A program made the translations under genes and the position numbers. Positions 39,901-52,184 of a stretch of 64,000 nucleotides of DNA are shown piece by piece (positions within the stretch are counted from its first letter, which is position 1; every line of letters begins with the position of its first letter). The notes under the pieces were generated by a model. The model made no database searches and had not been told where the DNA came from. It saw only the letters and a list, made by a program, of their open reading frames with translations. Source of the DNA: Tricharina praecox (taxonomy: Eukaryota); NCBI RefSeq assembly GCF_024521635.1, contig NW_026250406.1, positions 1,116,001 through 1,180,000 of the forward strand, read 5' to 3'.

Positions 39901-40110
39901 AGCGGGCGGCGGGGCGGCGGTCGCAGCGGCGGTCGAGAGTTGGGGTATCTGCGACGGTGGGAGGCTCTTGGATGATGACGACGATAGGGACGACGGTAGG
40001 GACGACGTCGACGCGTGGGCGGAGGTCGCGGGTTTTGAGGTCGCGCGACGTTGTTCGCTCTCAGAGCGTCGGTGGGGTTGTGGGTGGTTCTGCGATGGAG
40101 TTTGTGACAT
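36957..40110 (-). CDS. ~1025-aa EF-hand / coiled-coil / C-terminal transmembrane protein (KASH-like nuclear envelope protein, putative); exons 40110-39529, 39452-36957
   Basis: 76-nt intron GTATGA(39528)..TTAAC..TAG(39453) joins the 195-aa and 799-aa ORFs in frame and creates the EF-hand loop DPNGTGQINNAE. Long heptad-rich region; single hydrophobic helix LAWSILTAGLYLFILILLL followed by a ~60-aa tail ending RSWPA. Confidence 0.85.
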
Positions 40111-40981
40111 GGCGATTATTGTCCCTTAACTATCGTTCTGTGCTTCTTTGTTCATACGATCGCGGATGTGCTGTAGCGAGCGGGGTGTGTGGACAAAGGC
40201 TTTGGGCTGCCAGAATGTGATGGAATATGTGACGGAGGCTGGTGCGACGGGGGTTGGGTGTGGGTCGGTGGGTGGGTGTGGGTGGGGTGTTGTTGTTGAG
40301 TGGAGTGGAGGGGAGGAACGAAGGGAAGGAGACGCGTTTTGTTTGTAGAGTAGCTAGAGTGGAGGGGAATGCTTAGAAGACTTCGAGACGGTGAGGTGAA
40401 CTGAGGAGGTGCTACTTCAGCGGCATTGAGAAGAATAACACGACAAGACACGCAGCAAGTGCCAACTCCACTGTGGGCTATATTGCTTTTTGTGTGTCAC
40501 TCTTGCGTGATTCGCTATTGTTGGCACTGGATTTTTGGTTGGAGATGTTTCGTTGTGTGCTGTATAGTATGCTGCACAGCCAATCTCGCAGCAATCGCGG
40601 CGATTCGCTAGCAGCAGTGTACGCGCAGTGGAGGTATCTTCGAGCACTTCTCGATGCGGAGCAAGATACTCGTATTTTGTGTCTGAGTGTCTTCTCTGGT
40701 TTCTGGTGACGTGTTGAGAGGCGTGGACCGCGACGGCGTTGGCGTGTTTGTACCTGCAGAGAGCAGCGCGTCGAGGGATGAGCACTAGCCACCGACGGTG
40801 TCAGAGCCAAGCCACACGGACCGCTCTGGCTTGAGCCACAACAACCACCGCAGCTGCGTGTTGAGTACTCTAGGTACATAAGCGCGGGGTCGAGGCGCCT
40901 CTGTGTTGTCGCGGTGAGCTGCGGTACCCGACCTGTTACTAGTAGTTATAGGGGTGTGACCAGGAGCAGGTCCGATGCGGA

Positions 40982-41080
40982 GGGTCAACGTTGGACTGAA
41001 CGTTGTTCTATTGTTTCTATGCTGTTCTGTCTGTTCGTTGGGTCAACGTTGAACTGTTGTTCTATTGTTTCTATTCTGCT
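40982..41080. repeat. Imperfect local direct duplication (~45-bp unit, 58-bp period)
   Basis: GGGTCAACGTTG...GTTGTTCTATTGTTTCTAT occurs at ~40982 and ~41040. Confidence 0.7.
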
Positions 41081-42369
41081 CACATAGGAGTATGTGGGTG
41101 CATAGAGTGTACCCAAGTTCTTGGGTATTGAACTGTGAGGCTTTACGTGGAGGAAGCTTGGGGGCCAAGCTGCGGTACTCATGTTGCCGATATCCATCGA
41201 TATGCTAATCAGATTATCTCCGCTGCAAAGGAACGGAACGTCAAGTCATCCGATCAGATGATCTGATACTAGCAGAGAGCAGATACCAGTATCGGTGGAT
41301 GAGTAGACTTAGACTTAGAGCACTCTGGACACCCCGCTGAATTCGGTTTTACTCCACTTGCCATGCCACGCTGCTGCCTCAGAGCGCCTGCTCACACCAA
41401 GTGCAGAGCTTGTATGGTAGCAAAAATCGATGGACACCTTCGGATTTGAAAACACACCGTATTAACATGCCAATTTTTCGTGCTGAGACCCAACCAACAT
41501 CGCGGGATACCGTATCTACAGGTTTGCTGGATCGGCGTGGTGTTTTTGCGGCCGTTCTGGTACCGTACTTGAGTGTCCATTCGGACTTACGTACCCAAGT
41601 TCATCTTGTACTTGGCACTTACTTGTGTGCTTACTCAATGAAGCCACAGCAGACTAAGAGCTCACCCGTGGAAGAGACGGCACATCACATGGCAACTACA
41701 TATGTGGAAGACCGATAGCGCCTGTTGCGAATCGTCCGTGGCGAGAAGCCGCACCGAGATGTCTAACGCACACATGTAGCTGCTTTGTCTGCTTTGTTTG
41801 CTATGTTGAGCACGTGAAGTCTTGGAAGGGGTTTGGCGGTGTCTCAAGCCACCTCCACTGGCCCCACGGTGGAACTTCTGCCTCCGTAGAATCCCCACTT
41901 CCGGAAGCTCGGCTTAGTAATCCGAATCACCGTCATCCTCGTCCGGTCACGTGCATCTCGCCCACCTTAATCGTCTAGCTCCGAGCCGAGACGCTCAGAC
42001 GAACGCAACTCGGCTTTTGGCCGCAGAAGTTATTCTGCTACTTCACCACTACCACAAGACCACACAAGCAAGCAAAGCTATCCTGCACTGTCCCGTCCAC
42101 TCCCTCCTTACCTCCAATCATCGCCAGAGACCGCGAAAAAAGAAAGAAAGGATCGGCTGAAGGGAATACTTGCAACATATCGGCCTGATAGAGCTCGCCT
42201 TCGTCCCCTCCTATCGACTGCCCGCCACGTACCTATCATACGCTCTTGTCTACCCTGTCCCCCCGTCCCGTCCCGTCGAGTTCATCCACTACACGCATAC
42301 TATCCCACCTTCCCTTCTCCCCCACCCACCCACCCCCCACAACGCGACCTCAGGTGGTACCCAACAGCA

Positions 42370-45300
42370 ATGTTCACTTCCCTTATCCAGAAGGCCTCCT
42401 CGTACATCTCCGACGTCCCCAACCAGTCCTCGACACCCACAGATCGTCCAAACAAAGCAGTCCTGTTCCGCACGCACTTCCGGCTGCCAGACTCGCAATC
42501 CCCACTACAGGAGATAATCTGCGAGCTGACCCTCCCCTCAGGCGACCACTACTCCGGCAAGCTCTATCTGTCCGAAGCATTCCTGTGCTTCTCGCCCTCG
42601 CCGCCTTCCTCGTCTTCCCCCGCTCCCGCAACCGCCGGCATCGGCTTCAGCTTGCCCCTATGTGCCATCCGCAGGGTCGAACGATTGCACTCGAGGAGCT
42701 ACATGTTTGCCCTGGCGATCACGACATGGCACGGCACGGGGGCCGAGGGGATCGCCGGGAAAGAGGAGCGGCTCACGCTGCAGTTTGTCGGCATGCGGAG
42801 CTCCTGCGAAGCTTTCTGTGATCGGCTCAAGCGCGCATTGAGAACGCAGATGTCCGAAGTCAAGAACCTCAAGATCTTGGTGGAAAGTTGCTACAGCGAG
42901 TATCTCCTGGGGAAGGATAGGGATGGGAAACGAGAGGAGCCAGATGCGGGTTTGGGAATGATGTTCAAGTACCCCGGAGACGCCAGGAAATTGAGGGATA
43001 GAAGCAAGATGAGATTGTGGGCTGAGTATCTGAGAGGTATATGCCCAATCCTTGCTCTTGCGCGCTAGCTTGTGATGGGACGGGGCACTGATGGAGCGCC
43101 ACATGTGTAGAGAACGGCAGGAACGTGACTCTGATACGACAACCTACCTTCCACAAGCTTGTGCGCGTCGGACTCCCGAATGTATGTCTCTGATAGCTAT
43201 TGACTTCGGAAACATGCTGATATCAGCCCATAGCGTCTCCGTGGTGAAATGTGGGAACTCACATCTGGATCGCTGTATCTTCGGTTATTCAATCCCACAC
43301 TGTACAAAGACACGATCGATCAGTTCGAAGGCCGGCATTCCCTATCGATTGACGAGATCGAGAAGGATCTCAACAGATCATTACCGGAGTACCGGGGGTT
43401 CCAGAGCGAGGAAGGAATCGGCCGTCTACGGAGAGTACTGGGAGCATACTCGTGGGTAAACGAAGAAGTTGGCTACTGCCAGGCGATGAACATCGTCATG
43501 GCAGCTTTATTGATGTGGGTTGCCAGAATCGAGTGAGAGATTGTGTGTCCGATACTCACTGTTTTCGCAGCTACATGTCGGAGGAACAAGCCTTCTTTGT
43601 GTTATCGACGCTTTGTGATCGGCTAATCCCTGGGTACTACTCGACTACTATGTATGGCACGCTCCTCGACCAGAGAGTGTTCGAATCGCTGGTCGAAAAG
43701 ACGATGCCGATACTCTGGGAGCATCTCGTCAAGGCGGATGTTCAACTTTCGGTCGTGTCTCTGCCTTGGTTCCTGTCCCTTTACATCAATTCGATGCCGC
43801 TGGTGTTTGCGTTCCGGGTGCTAGATGTCTTTTTCTTGGAAGGCCCCAAAGTGCTGTTCCAGATAGGGCTCGCGATCCTCCGTATCAATGGCGAGGAACT
43901 CCTCGATGCTACTGACGACGGCGCATTCATCTCGATCCTGAAGTCGTACTTCTCTCGTCTGGACGAGTCGGCACACCCCCGCTCCGATAACGAGAAGCTG
44001 CGTGCCGTCACACGATTCCAGGAACTAATGGTGGTGGCATTCAAGGAGTTCTCTGGTATCACCACTGCGTCGGTCCAAGAGCAGCGGGCAAAGCACAAGG
44101 ATGCGGTCATGTCTTCGATCGAGTCCTTTGCCAAGCGCACGCAGATCCGCAACTTGGGGCCGGAGAGCAAACGCTTAAAGGCAGACGAGCTGTCGGCAAT
44201 CTACGATCGCTACCATTCCACCATCTACGAGCGACAGTTGCGTCTGCAGAAGATTGCCGAGGAGCTGGAGCGCTACCAAAAGAAGAAGCAGACATCTTCG
44301 GCGGCATCGATAAAGAGTACACTCTCTACTGGCCCACTGGGCAGCTCCGTGCCCAGCCCCGTCACTACTATGGACTACGATACCTTCCGTGAGTTCCTGG
44401 CCGGCGTCACACAATGGGCTATCGCCGATCCCGTTACCCCAAATTCCGAATCGGCAGACCAACAAAGTCAGACCAAGAAACGACTGTCTCCCAGCCCTCT
44501 GCCCGCCGACCACGAGTTCTTACAACGTCTCTTCCGGCGATGGGACACGGACATGAAGTCAACCTTGACCCTCGCCAACGTGGTCGGCGGCCTGGCAGAT
44601 GTGGTCGGCAAGCGCAAGGATCTAATGAGCACAATCGCCTATTGGTTCGAGCTCTATGACGACGACGGCGATGGCCGGGTCGACCGTGAAGGAATCCTGC
44701 GGATTTCCGAAGCTCTCCTCTTCGTGACCCGTCGGTCCGACGAAGAACGCGTTCTCAGTGCCATCAGCGGTTTCATCCGCCGCTGCTTCGAATACGCCGA
44801 TCCAGACCGTCATGCCGACCCCGATGACGCTCAACTCCTCGACCTCACCGACACACCGCAAACCCCCACCTCGCCCAAAGCAGAAGCAAACGCGGCGCTC
44901 AACCCCCAACGACCCTTACACATCACCCTGCCCACCTTCCGCATGGTCATCCTCGCTGACGAAACGCTCGAGAGCTTCTTCGATATCGGGTTTGCCGACA
45001 CATTCCACCTTCTCCGGTCCAGCAACTCTCCGCCTCCTCCCGTCGCCGGCTACGGCCTGCCCAGCGCCAAGGGCATCCGTGGCGTTCTCGACGGGCTGGT
45101 CGACGAAGCCACCCGCGTCGCTGCCGAGGTCCGCAGAAGAATGGAGGAGCCGGTCGAAGACGCTGGTGACGACGCGGAGGCCGACGACGCGGGCAAAGAC
45201 GCCGACTTGCTCAAGGGCGCGGAAGCGGAAGCCGGCGTGCCGGCCGAAGTGCCGGCGAAAAGCGCGGCAATGGAGGTCAGGAAGGGACCGGGACCTGATG

Positions 45301-45392
45301 GAAACCGGAGGTCTGTCTCCCATAGTGCTAAGCAGAGCGAGGGGAAGGGCGTGGTCGAGTTTGAGGGGTCGCGAGAGGTGGTCGAGGTGTAA
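42370..45392 (+). CDS. GYP2: Rab GTPase-activating protein Gyp2/Mdr1 (GRAM + TBC + EF-hand); exons 42370-43036, 43111-43181, 43234-43514, 43571-45392
   Basis: Spliced product reads [42 protein letters not shown] fingers IEKDLNRS (IxxDxxR) and GYCQAMN (YxQ); EF-hand [12 protein letters not shown]; three canonical GT-AG introns. Confidence 0.93.
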
Positions 45393-45904
45393 TATATGTA
45401 AGTGTTATGAGGAAGAGGAGTTTGGGCGATTCTTTTTGTTTGTTTGCTGCTTGGATCATTGCGGAGGGTGTTTTTTCTTTTCGAGTTTCTACATACTGTG
45501 CATGTTTTTCTGGGGGGGGTTTGGTGGTAGAGTACCGAGAGCTGGTGGTGGTAGTGGTAGTGGAGGGGGGCCTAAGATGAATGGAACTGGATAGTAGGCA
45601 AGCGAGCGTTATGGGCATCGTAGCTAAATACCTAGTACTCAGGTGCATACCTACATCATATTTGGGTACCGTATGTGCCTCACTGTGAGCTCGAAGTAGT
45701 TATGGGTGGATACGGATACGCGTAAAGTTGATTTCCTCTTCGACTCGAGACATCACACTCACTCACTCACTTACTCTCCAATCCCCTCCATCCGCAAAGA
45801 ACCGTAATTTCTCCATTGTACAAGCCTATCTGTCTCCTCCAAGCTCCCCTCCCCCACCTTCCCCCCGTTTCCTTCCCGCAAGCATTCCGCTCTGCTCGAT
45901 TGAT

Positions 45905-46229
45905 TTACTGAGGATCATCGAACTCCGCCGGCACGGCCTCCCTCTTCCTGTTGGGAACTATTCCCATCTATCAGCTTATATCCCCCCACCCAATCCCCCC
46001 TCCCAATCCCGCCAATCTTCCCCAGGGTCAACTTACTAGGCCAAGATTTCGGCAAATGCGGAGCCTCGTTAAAGCCCAAGCGGTGGCGGATCGGCACGGC
46101 AAGGAGAATGAGCGGACATGCGAGCCCGATCGCAATGCTGAAGAAGATTGCTGGCGACGTGTGCGCCGAATACCGCATGTAGCGGATCGGCGTCGTCCAG
46201 AACTGCGGCGTGGCGGAGGGGGCTGACAT
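45905..46229 (-). CDS. Mitochondrial complex I (NADH:ubiquinone oxidoreductase) 9.5-kDa accessory subunit, 81 aa; exons 46229-46037, 45957-45905
   Basis: MSAPSATPQFWTTPIRYMRYSAHTSPAIFFSIAIGLACPLILLAVPIRHRLG...PKSWP|IPNRKREAVPAEFDDPQ* fits the fungal NUO-9.5/NI9M pattern (FW..P.RY.R..A...PAIF.S..IG; C-terminal P.P...R......FDD); intron GTAAGT..GCTGAT..TAG. Confidence 0.9.
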
Positions 46230-46467
46230 CGCGGCGATGGTCGTGGGTGGTGGTGGTGGTGCTGGGGGAAGTGGCAAGGGCGGGCGCGGGAGGTGGGTAG
46301 GTGTAGGTGAGGGTGGAGAGAGCGCCGGGGTCGGGGTCGCGGTCGATGGAGGGTAACTAACCGAGGGGTGAGTGATGTAATGGCGCTAACCACTCTACTC
46401 TACGGTTCGTGAGGCTTAAAACTTTCCTAGCCCCCCCCCCCCGACTCAAGGCGGCAGGTCCGCAGCC
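46230..46467. promoter_or_regulatory. Probable bidirectional promoter
   Basis: Only 238 bp separate the divergent start codons of the complex I subunit and SRR1-like genes. Confidence 0.6.
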
Positions 46468-47504
46468 ATGCCCCGCCGCAAAAACCGCTCCCGCCACATC
46501 CTCCGGCCCAGCACGCCCACGCACACGGCCACCAACGATGACTCCGGCTCCGGCGACGGTGGGGGATGGTCCACCATCCCCGGCCGCCACCGGGGCACGT
46601 TGCATCTGCACCTTTCCAGCGCGGCACCCTTCCCCACCCCTCCCACCACCACCACCGCCACCACCAGCGCGCACCCGCCCCGCTCGCAAGGCGACCTCAC
46701 CGCGGCACTGAGCCGCGCGCAGCGCATGCTGGACGGCCACGCGCTGCTGCGGCCGCTGCACGATGCACTGCCGAGGGATGTGCGGGATGTGCGGGATGTG
46801 TGGGAAATACTCGTGCTGGGGCTGGGGTCGCTACATAGTGCTACCGCGCCGTCGTCGATGCTGCAACTGGCTATGGTGTTGAGTATTCTGCCGTGGCTCG
46901 AGGGTACTGGTAAAGCGCCGGAGATACGGTTTGTGGATCCTGTCTTTACGAATGAAGATTTGGAGTTTTTGGGGCAGTTTGGGGGGGCTACGACTTCTAC
47001 GACTTCTACGGGGGCGGGGGCGGGGGCGGAAGGGGAAGGGGAAGGGATGACGGAGCAGGAGAAGGAAGAGTCGAAGGAAGAGGTAAAGGAAGAGGCAAAG
47101 GAGGCTACGAAGCCGGCGGCCGCCCAGGCGTCAACAATCCTCCTCGCCCCCCACCTCGACTTCTCCGTCCTACACTCTTACTTGTCCCATTGCGCATCTA
47201 CATCCACCATGCCATCCGTGATACTCTCCAACGACGTGCGGCGATTTCTAGAGCTGTTAGTCCCCTTCCCCCCTCCCTTCCCTCAGCCCCCACTCTTCAC
47301 CTGGCCTGGCCTGAGTTGATAATAAACAGACGTATCGGCGAAGAATCCGAGTGGAAGGTGTTTCGCCGGTTGATGCGGGAAGAGGGGGAGTACGAGGAGA
47401 CTTCTGTCGTCGTTGGTGGGGGAAAGGGCAGGGAGCGCGGAGAGGAGACGACCGAGGAGCTGGGCAGGGCGTTTAATGATTTGGCGGTTTATAGGCGCGT
47501 GTGA
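46468..47504 (+). CDS. SRR1-like (Ber1 family) protein; exons 46468-47255, 47330-47504
   Basis: Motifs ILVLGLGS, LQLAMV, FVDPVFTNEDLEFL, LLAPH, ILSND and C-terminal AFNDLAVY are typical of the SRR1 domain; intron GTTAGT..CAG keeps the frame. Confidence 0.8.
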
Positions 47505-47874
47505 TGTGAGGTGATGTGATGTGATGGGTGCGCTGGATGGAGGGGATATTAGAGGGGTATTAGAGGGCGTTATGGGCGTTTTGCTTTGGATATCTACAGA
47601 CGAGGTTTGAAGGAGTGTCAATCATCTGTGGAGGCGGGTAGGTCATGCAACAAAGTATGTACCGAACAGTCAATTCATCGTCACAAACGAAGGGTATTCC
47701 TTTACTACTACTACCTATACTACGTTCCCAGTGACAATTGTAACGAACAACCCCTTCCCATCCAGTAAAAATCAATACAAAGCGTCAGTGCGCCGCAAAA
47801 TCCACACCGTAGTGTACCTAAAGCGGATGGTTCAGTACAGTTCAATCCACCAGCTCGCAGCAAAATCGACATCA

Positions 47875-48145
47875 AAGCAAAGGGGTATAACGGTCCAGTA
47901 CAGTCCAGTACAGTTCGAGGCGCCAGTAACAGCAAAATACAAGGGTATCATACCATTTCCGGTCCAGTACAGTCAACAGTCATCGGGTAACAAGAAAATC
48001 AAAGGGTATAAAACAAGACACGACAATCCATCCATCCATCCAACAAGAATCAAAGGGTATAAAACAAGACACGACAATCGACACGACGATCCATCCATCC
48101 AACAAGAATCAAAGGGGTATAAAACAATACACGATAATCAATCCG
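47875..48145. repeat. Degenerate ~50-60-bp tandem array with AAGGGTAT core, 5 units
   Basis: Core at ~47880, 47941, 48002, 48053, 48112; the last three units share AATCAAAGGG(G)TATAAAACAAKACACGAYAATC. Confidence 0.75.
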
Positions 48146-48311
48146 CCCATCAAACCGGGATCACAGCCCACCTCTTCTTCATCTTCATCTTTTCCTCCAC
48201 CAGATGGGGGAAACAAACAATACATGTACAGAATACCGAATACCGAATACCAAAAAAGAAAACTAAGAATACCCAAAACCCCAAAATGGCCATCTCTAAT
48301 AGCCGGGCAGA

Positions 48312-50705
48312 TTACAAAAACGCACGATCATCGCTCTCATCCTCAGAGTCGGGAACTCTGGCACTAACTCTCCTTCCATTGTTTGCATATCCACGGTAAA
48401 GATGGGGATTGTTATAATTAGGATATTCATTGACCGGGCCAAACTGTCTTGCCACTGCGAGGCCAACGTCGAATTCCCTCACGCTCATGCGACTGACTCT
48501 CCCACTGAGACTGTTCCTGCTATCCCGCTTGGTGAGAATGAGTGGCGGTGTCTCCGACCCCGCAATAGGCGCCGCGTTGACATCAACACTTCGAAGTCCG
48601 GCGCGGAACTGTCGGTCATAGCCCGGGGTCCGTGTTCGCTCGATGGGAGTTCGGTTGTTGGTGTGGCGCTGTTCCAGGACTGAGCGCGAGCGGAGGATGT
48701 TCTCGGCCCCTTCGGGATACGAGAACCGTTTGGTCGCGAGCGGGCTGCAGCGGAGGTTCTCGTTGCTGCTGGAGGAGACACCGGACTGGAAGCGGCGGTC
48801 TCGTAGGACTTGGAGGTGGCAGGCGGAGAGGGCGGCGTCGGTGGAGGTGCTGACCGAGGCATCGTCGTTGTGGTCGAACTCGGCGTGGAGAGACTCTGGG
48901 CGGGCATTCCGGTTGATGGGAACGTACTGGGTTGTGCTCGATGGTGCCCAACTCTTGCGGTTGCGAATGGTTCCGGTGTTCTCTCTACGGTCGCTCGGAC
49001 TCGTTGCATTGTCCAACCAGATCTTGGGAATCTTCGGGACGGGAGGCGGAGGACTCTCTGGCTCGAACTCGGGTTCATATTGCGCCACTGGCTCTGGCTT
49101 GATGGTCACCTTCGAAGAGCAGCTTCTAACGCTTGCCGACCTGGGGGTCGGAACCACATGTCGTTCGAAGATCTTCTCCTCTTCTGGCAACAATCCTCTC
49201 CCCGGCGTTATATAGTAGCCAGGCTCCTCGTCGGCCTCGACCAGCGCTGGTTTATCTACGGAATTTTGTCTCTTGAGCAGGGCAGAGTAGACTCTTCTCG
49301 CATCGACATTAAATCGCTCCCTTCTTGAAGGTATACGGAAGAACTCCCCATCGCCCTCAGGATCCCCACCGTCACGTATTGTCCGTCCGGCCATCCTGCT
49401 CGCGATGCTAGAGTTCCACGTTGCAGTCGAGATCGTCCCCATACTTCTTCCGGAAAACTTCCTCTCCGGTGTTTGTACGGTCGATGGCGTAACATACCTG
49501 ATGCTGCCAACATCGGACTGAATCATCTCCTGTGAAGCGACCAAGTGTAGGACAGGTGCCTTCGAGACGACATAATTCGACCTTATTTTCGGCTTCTCCT
49601 TTTCCGGCGATTTCGCCGACTTTTCAGACTTTGTCGGGGACGGTGGCTCCTCAGCAGTGACATACTCCCTAAAATGCAACCTGCTCGAGGCCACCTGCTG
49701 TTCGGGGATCGAGCCAAAGGACGCCTTATCTTGGCCACTGCAGCTTCTCCCCAGAACCTTCCTAACGGAGCCAAACACCGAGTCGGTTATCTTCCTGGCC
49801 TTCTTCCGGAACCTCATGGCGCCCCACTCGCCCTTCTCGTTCTTGCCCTTGTACTTCCCGGCCACAACCTCAGGCGGAACAATCGGCGGCATCGTCTTCC
49901 TCGCCGCGGACTCCATATAGTACGACCGCCGTTCACGAGCCCGTCCCTCCCCCATAAAGTCCGTTCCTCCTCTCAGAAACGACGCAGACTTCCTAGGGCT
50001 CTCCCTCGCCGGCTCCCCCTCGGGCGTGAACACTGCCGACGGGATTTCCGGCGGGGGCGGGGTGAAGATCTGGGCCACGGTGAAGGCAGAAGACTTTGTC
50101 TTCTTGATGCGGCGGTACGACGACGGAGTCGAGCCGCCGTTGTGCGGCGGCTCGTAGTCCTGCGGAGTGAAGATGTCCAGCTCCGGCTCTGGCGTGATCA
50201 GGTCTCGCGGCTCGAATCGGGCCGGTCCTTGCGCTGCTAAATGGGATAGCGTCTCCCGGTGGTATCGCATGCTGGCCCGGCGACGGATGATCGTCGATGA
50301 GTAGTCCCCGGCTGAGTCGTCGAGCTTGTTCCGTGAGTCCCCGTATTGGGAGCTGTAGATACTGCTGCTCGACATGACTGGAAGGGGAGGAGGAGCTCTC
50401 GTAGGTGCTGGTGGTGGTGGTGGTGGTGGTTGTGGTAGTGGTAGTCGGTTGAGGTTGACTTCGGACAGTACGAGCCTCGAAGGGGTGTCTGTTGAGGACT
50501 GGGGGCCGTGGATACGGCGGTTGGTGCCCGCACCGAAGGCTCGCTGGGCGGCGGTCACGGCTTGTTGCTGCTTTGCTACCGTGTCGAGCAGTTCGGACTT
50601 GGTCGGGGCGGTGGAGGAGACGGTGTTGGAACGGCGGAGGAGTTTTCTGGGCTTGGAGGGGGAGCGGGAGCGGGAGCTCGAGACAGAATTGCGGCGGGAT
50701 AGCAT
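48312..50705 (-). CDS. Uncharacterised ~797-aa Ser/Arg/Pro-rich protein
   Basis: Long uninterrupted ORF; likely ATG at 50705 (MLSRRNSVSS...); mostly disordered with short ordered motifs (FRKKARKITDSVFGSVRKVLGR, IPEQQVASSRLHF, VDARRVYSALLKR). Confidence 0.8.
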   Translation of the reverse strand: MLSRRNSVSSSRSRSPSKPRKLLRRSNTVSSTAPTKSELLDTVAKQQQAVTAAQRAFGAGTNRRIHGPQSSTDTPSRLVLSEVNLNRLPLPQPPPPPPPAPTRAPPPLPVMSSSSIYSSQYGDSRNKLDDSAGDYSSTIIRRRASMRYHRETLSHLAAQGPARFEPRDLITPEPELDIFTPQDYEPPHNGGSTPSSYRRIKKTKSSAFTVAQIFTPPPPEIPSAVFTPEGEPARESPRKSASFLRGGTDFMGEGRARERRSYYMESAARKTMPPIVPPEVVAGKYKGKNEKGEWGAMRFRKKARKITDSVFGSVRKVLGRSCSGQDKASFGSIPEQQVASSRLHFREYVTAEEPPSPTKSEKSAKSPEKEKPKIRSNYVVSKAPVLHLVASQEMIQSDVGSIRYVTPSTVQTPERKFSGRSMGTISTATWNSSIASRMAGRTIRDGGDPEGDGEFFRIPSRRERFNVDARRVYSALLKRQNSVDKPALVEADEEPGYYITPGRGLLPEEEKIFERHVVPTPRSASVRSCSSKVTIKPEPVAQYEPEFEPESPPPPVPKIPKIWLDNATSPSDRRENTGTIRNRKSWAPSSTTQYVPINRNARPESLHAEFDHNDDASVSTSTDAALSACHLQVLRDRRFQSGVSSSSNENLRCSPLATKRFSYPEGAENILRSRSVLEQRHTNNRTPIERTRTPGYDRQFRAGLRSVDVNAAPIAGSETPPLILTKRDSRNSLSGRVSRMSVREFDVGLAVARQFGPVNEYPNYNNPHLYRGYANNGRRVSARVPDSEDESDDRAFL

Positions 50706-52098
50706 CGTAGATATGCGGGTGATTTTGGAGATGGAGATGGAGGAAGAGGAGGAGGTGGTGATGATTGCTTGTGCAGGACGAGCAGGTGCAATGGAGGGAG
50801 TGAGATGGTATGGAAGAAAGTAGGACCATGCAGCTGGTTCAATGGTAACGTCGGTGCTTGATGTAGCATAGGGACATGTACACTCTTTCCGATCAACTCG
50901 CCTTCGCCTATCTCGTAGCACTGATGGGCAGACGAAGAAAGAGAAAGAGGATCGTTATTGTGTTTTACTCCATCCCATCGATTGAAACTTGCATCCTTTC
51001 TCAGTTGACTGTTTTGCTCTCTACAGCATGGAGCGGCTACAAAATCATCGATGCAAACACTTCTCCTGCAAAGACTATTGCAATACAGCACCACTCTGTT
51101 ACACAACTCAAGCGCTCCCCAGTGTACATGAGCCCTGGCCCGGTCAGTGGCAACAGAGACGAAATCACACTCCATTCACCCCTCGGGCTTCGTATACTCA
51201 CCCCATCACCATCTCCTGTGATCCACATATCCCATCCCTCATGGCACTCTAGCCTTCGCGATCTAAGAATGGACATCATCGTGGACTTGGTTCCACCTGG
51301 CGGCCTGGTTCTCCTGTGGCGTTTGGTCTGCACCGCCCACCCATTCATTCACTGTATCAGGGAGCACGTTAATACAAACCACCCTCATCAAATGAGTCTA
51401 GATTTAGGATTCAAGCTCCCTAGACTCCGTACGAAGCCGGCAATGAACACGGAATTCTGGCGGTAGTGAGAAGAGATCACGAGTGAGATATAGTGAATGG
51501 GGTATAACTGGCGAGGGTGGAGTTGTGAAATCGCGTTTTTGTTCCTTTTATTCTTCATCCTTCCCGCTCAGAGTCTCTCTACCAACAACAACGATTGCTT
51601 CAGCCATTCCGGACATCTCCTGATCCTATCATCCTATAGCCCGCTTCACCACGGATCTCGCCACCACCAGTGCGAGTCCTCACAGCTAGCTACCGAGTGT
51701 TTGCACTGTGCAGCATCCTCTTACTACCATTGAGGATCCCCAAAAGAAGGATTTGCTGCATAATATTGAGGTCATCGGGGGATACGGAAATTACGAATAC
51801 CGGTAGGTATGTAGCCGATAGTGAGTGACGGAAGAAAAACGAGAAGAAGAAGCAGCAAGCTTTACTTTTCCGACATCTCCACTCCACTCTACTGCAGACA
51901 TAGTGTTTAGAGTACTTTTCCAAACCAAACAAAAGTTCAGTGCAGATGTCACTGTGATACATTTTTATACTCATAGATAGTAGTTATCGCCTCTCCTAGG
52001 TATTGCATCCATCCACCTCACCTCACCTTACCCACCTTACCTCACCTCCCATCCACCCATCTTGATAGATAAAAATTCGCCAATTACTCATCACCACA

Positions 52099-52184
52099 TC
52101 CGTTATGGTGTAGTGGCTAGCATCGGCCGCTCTCAAGCAGAGCATCAAACCGGCCAGACCGGGGTTCAATTCCCCGTAACGGAA
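52099..52184 (+). tRNA. tRNA-Glu (CTC) with 14-nt intron
   Basis: Same mature sequence; intron variant AGCAGAGCATCAAA; trailer TCATCTCTTTT. Confidence 0.95.

Noticed and set aside
47731..48399. 222-aa ORF, or CRISPR-like repeat/spacer pattern
   Set aside because: The ORF runs through a tandem array antisense to a real gene's 3' region; the spacers are related to each other, there are no cas genes, and the DNA is eukaryotic.
50706..50921. 72-aa N-terminal extension of the 869-aa ORF
   Set aside because: Begins at a non-ATG codon and reads as CT-rich 5' UTR; the ATG at 50705 is the more plausible start.
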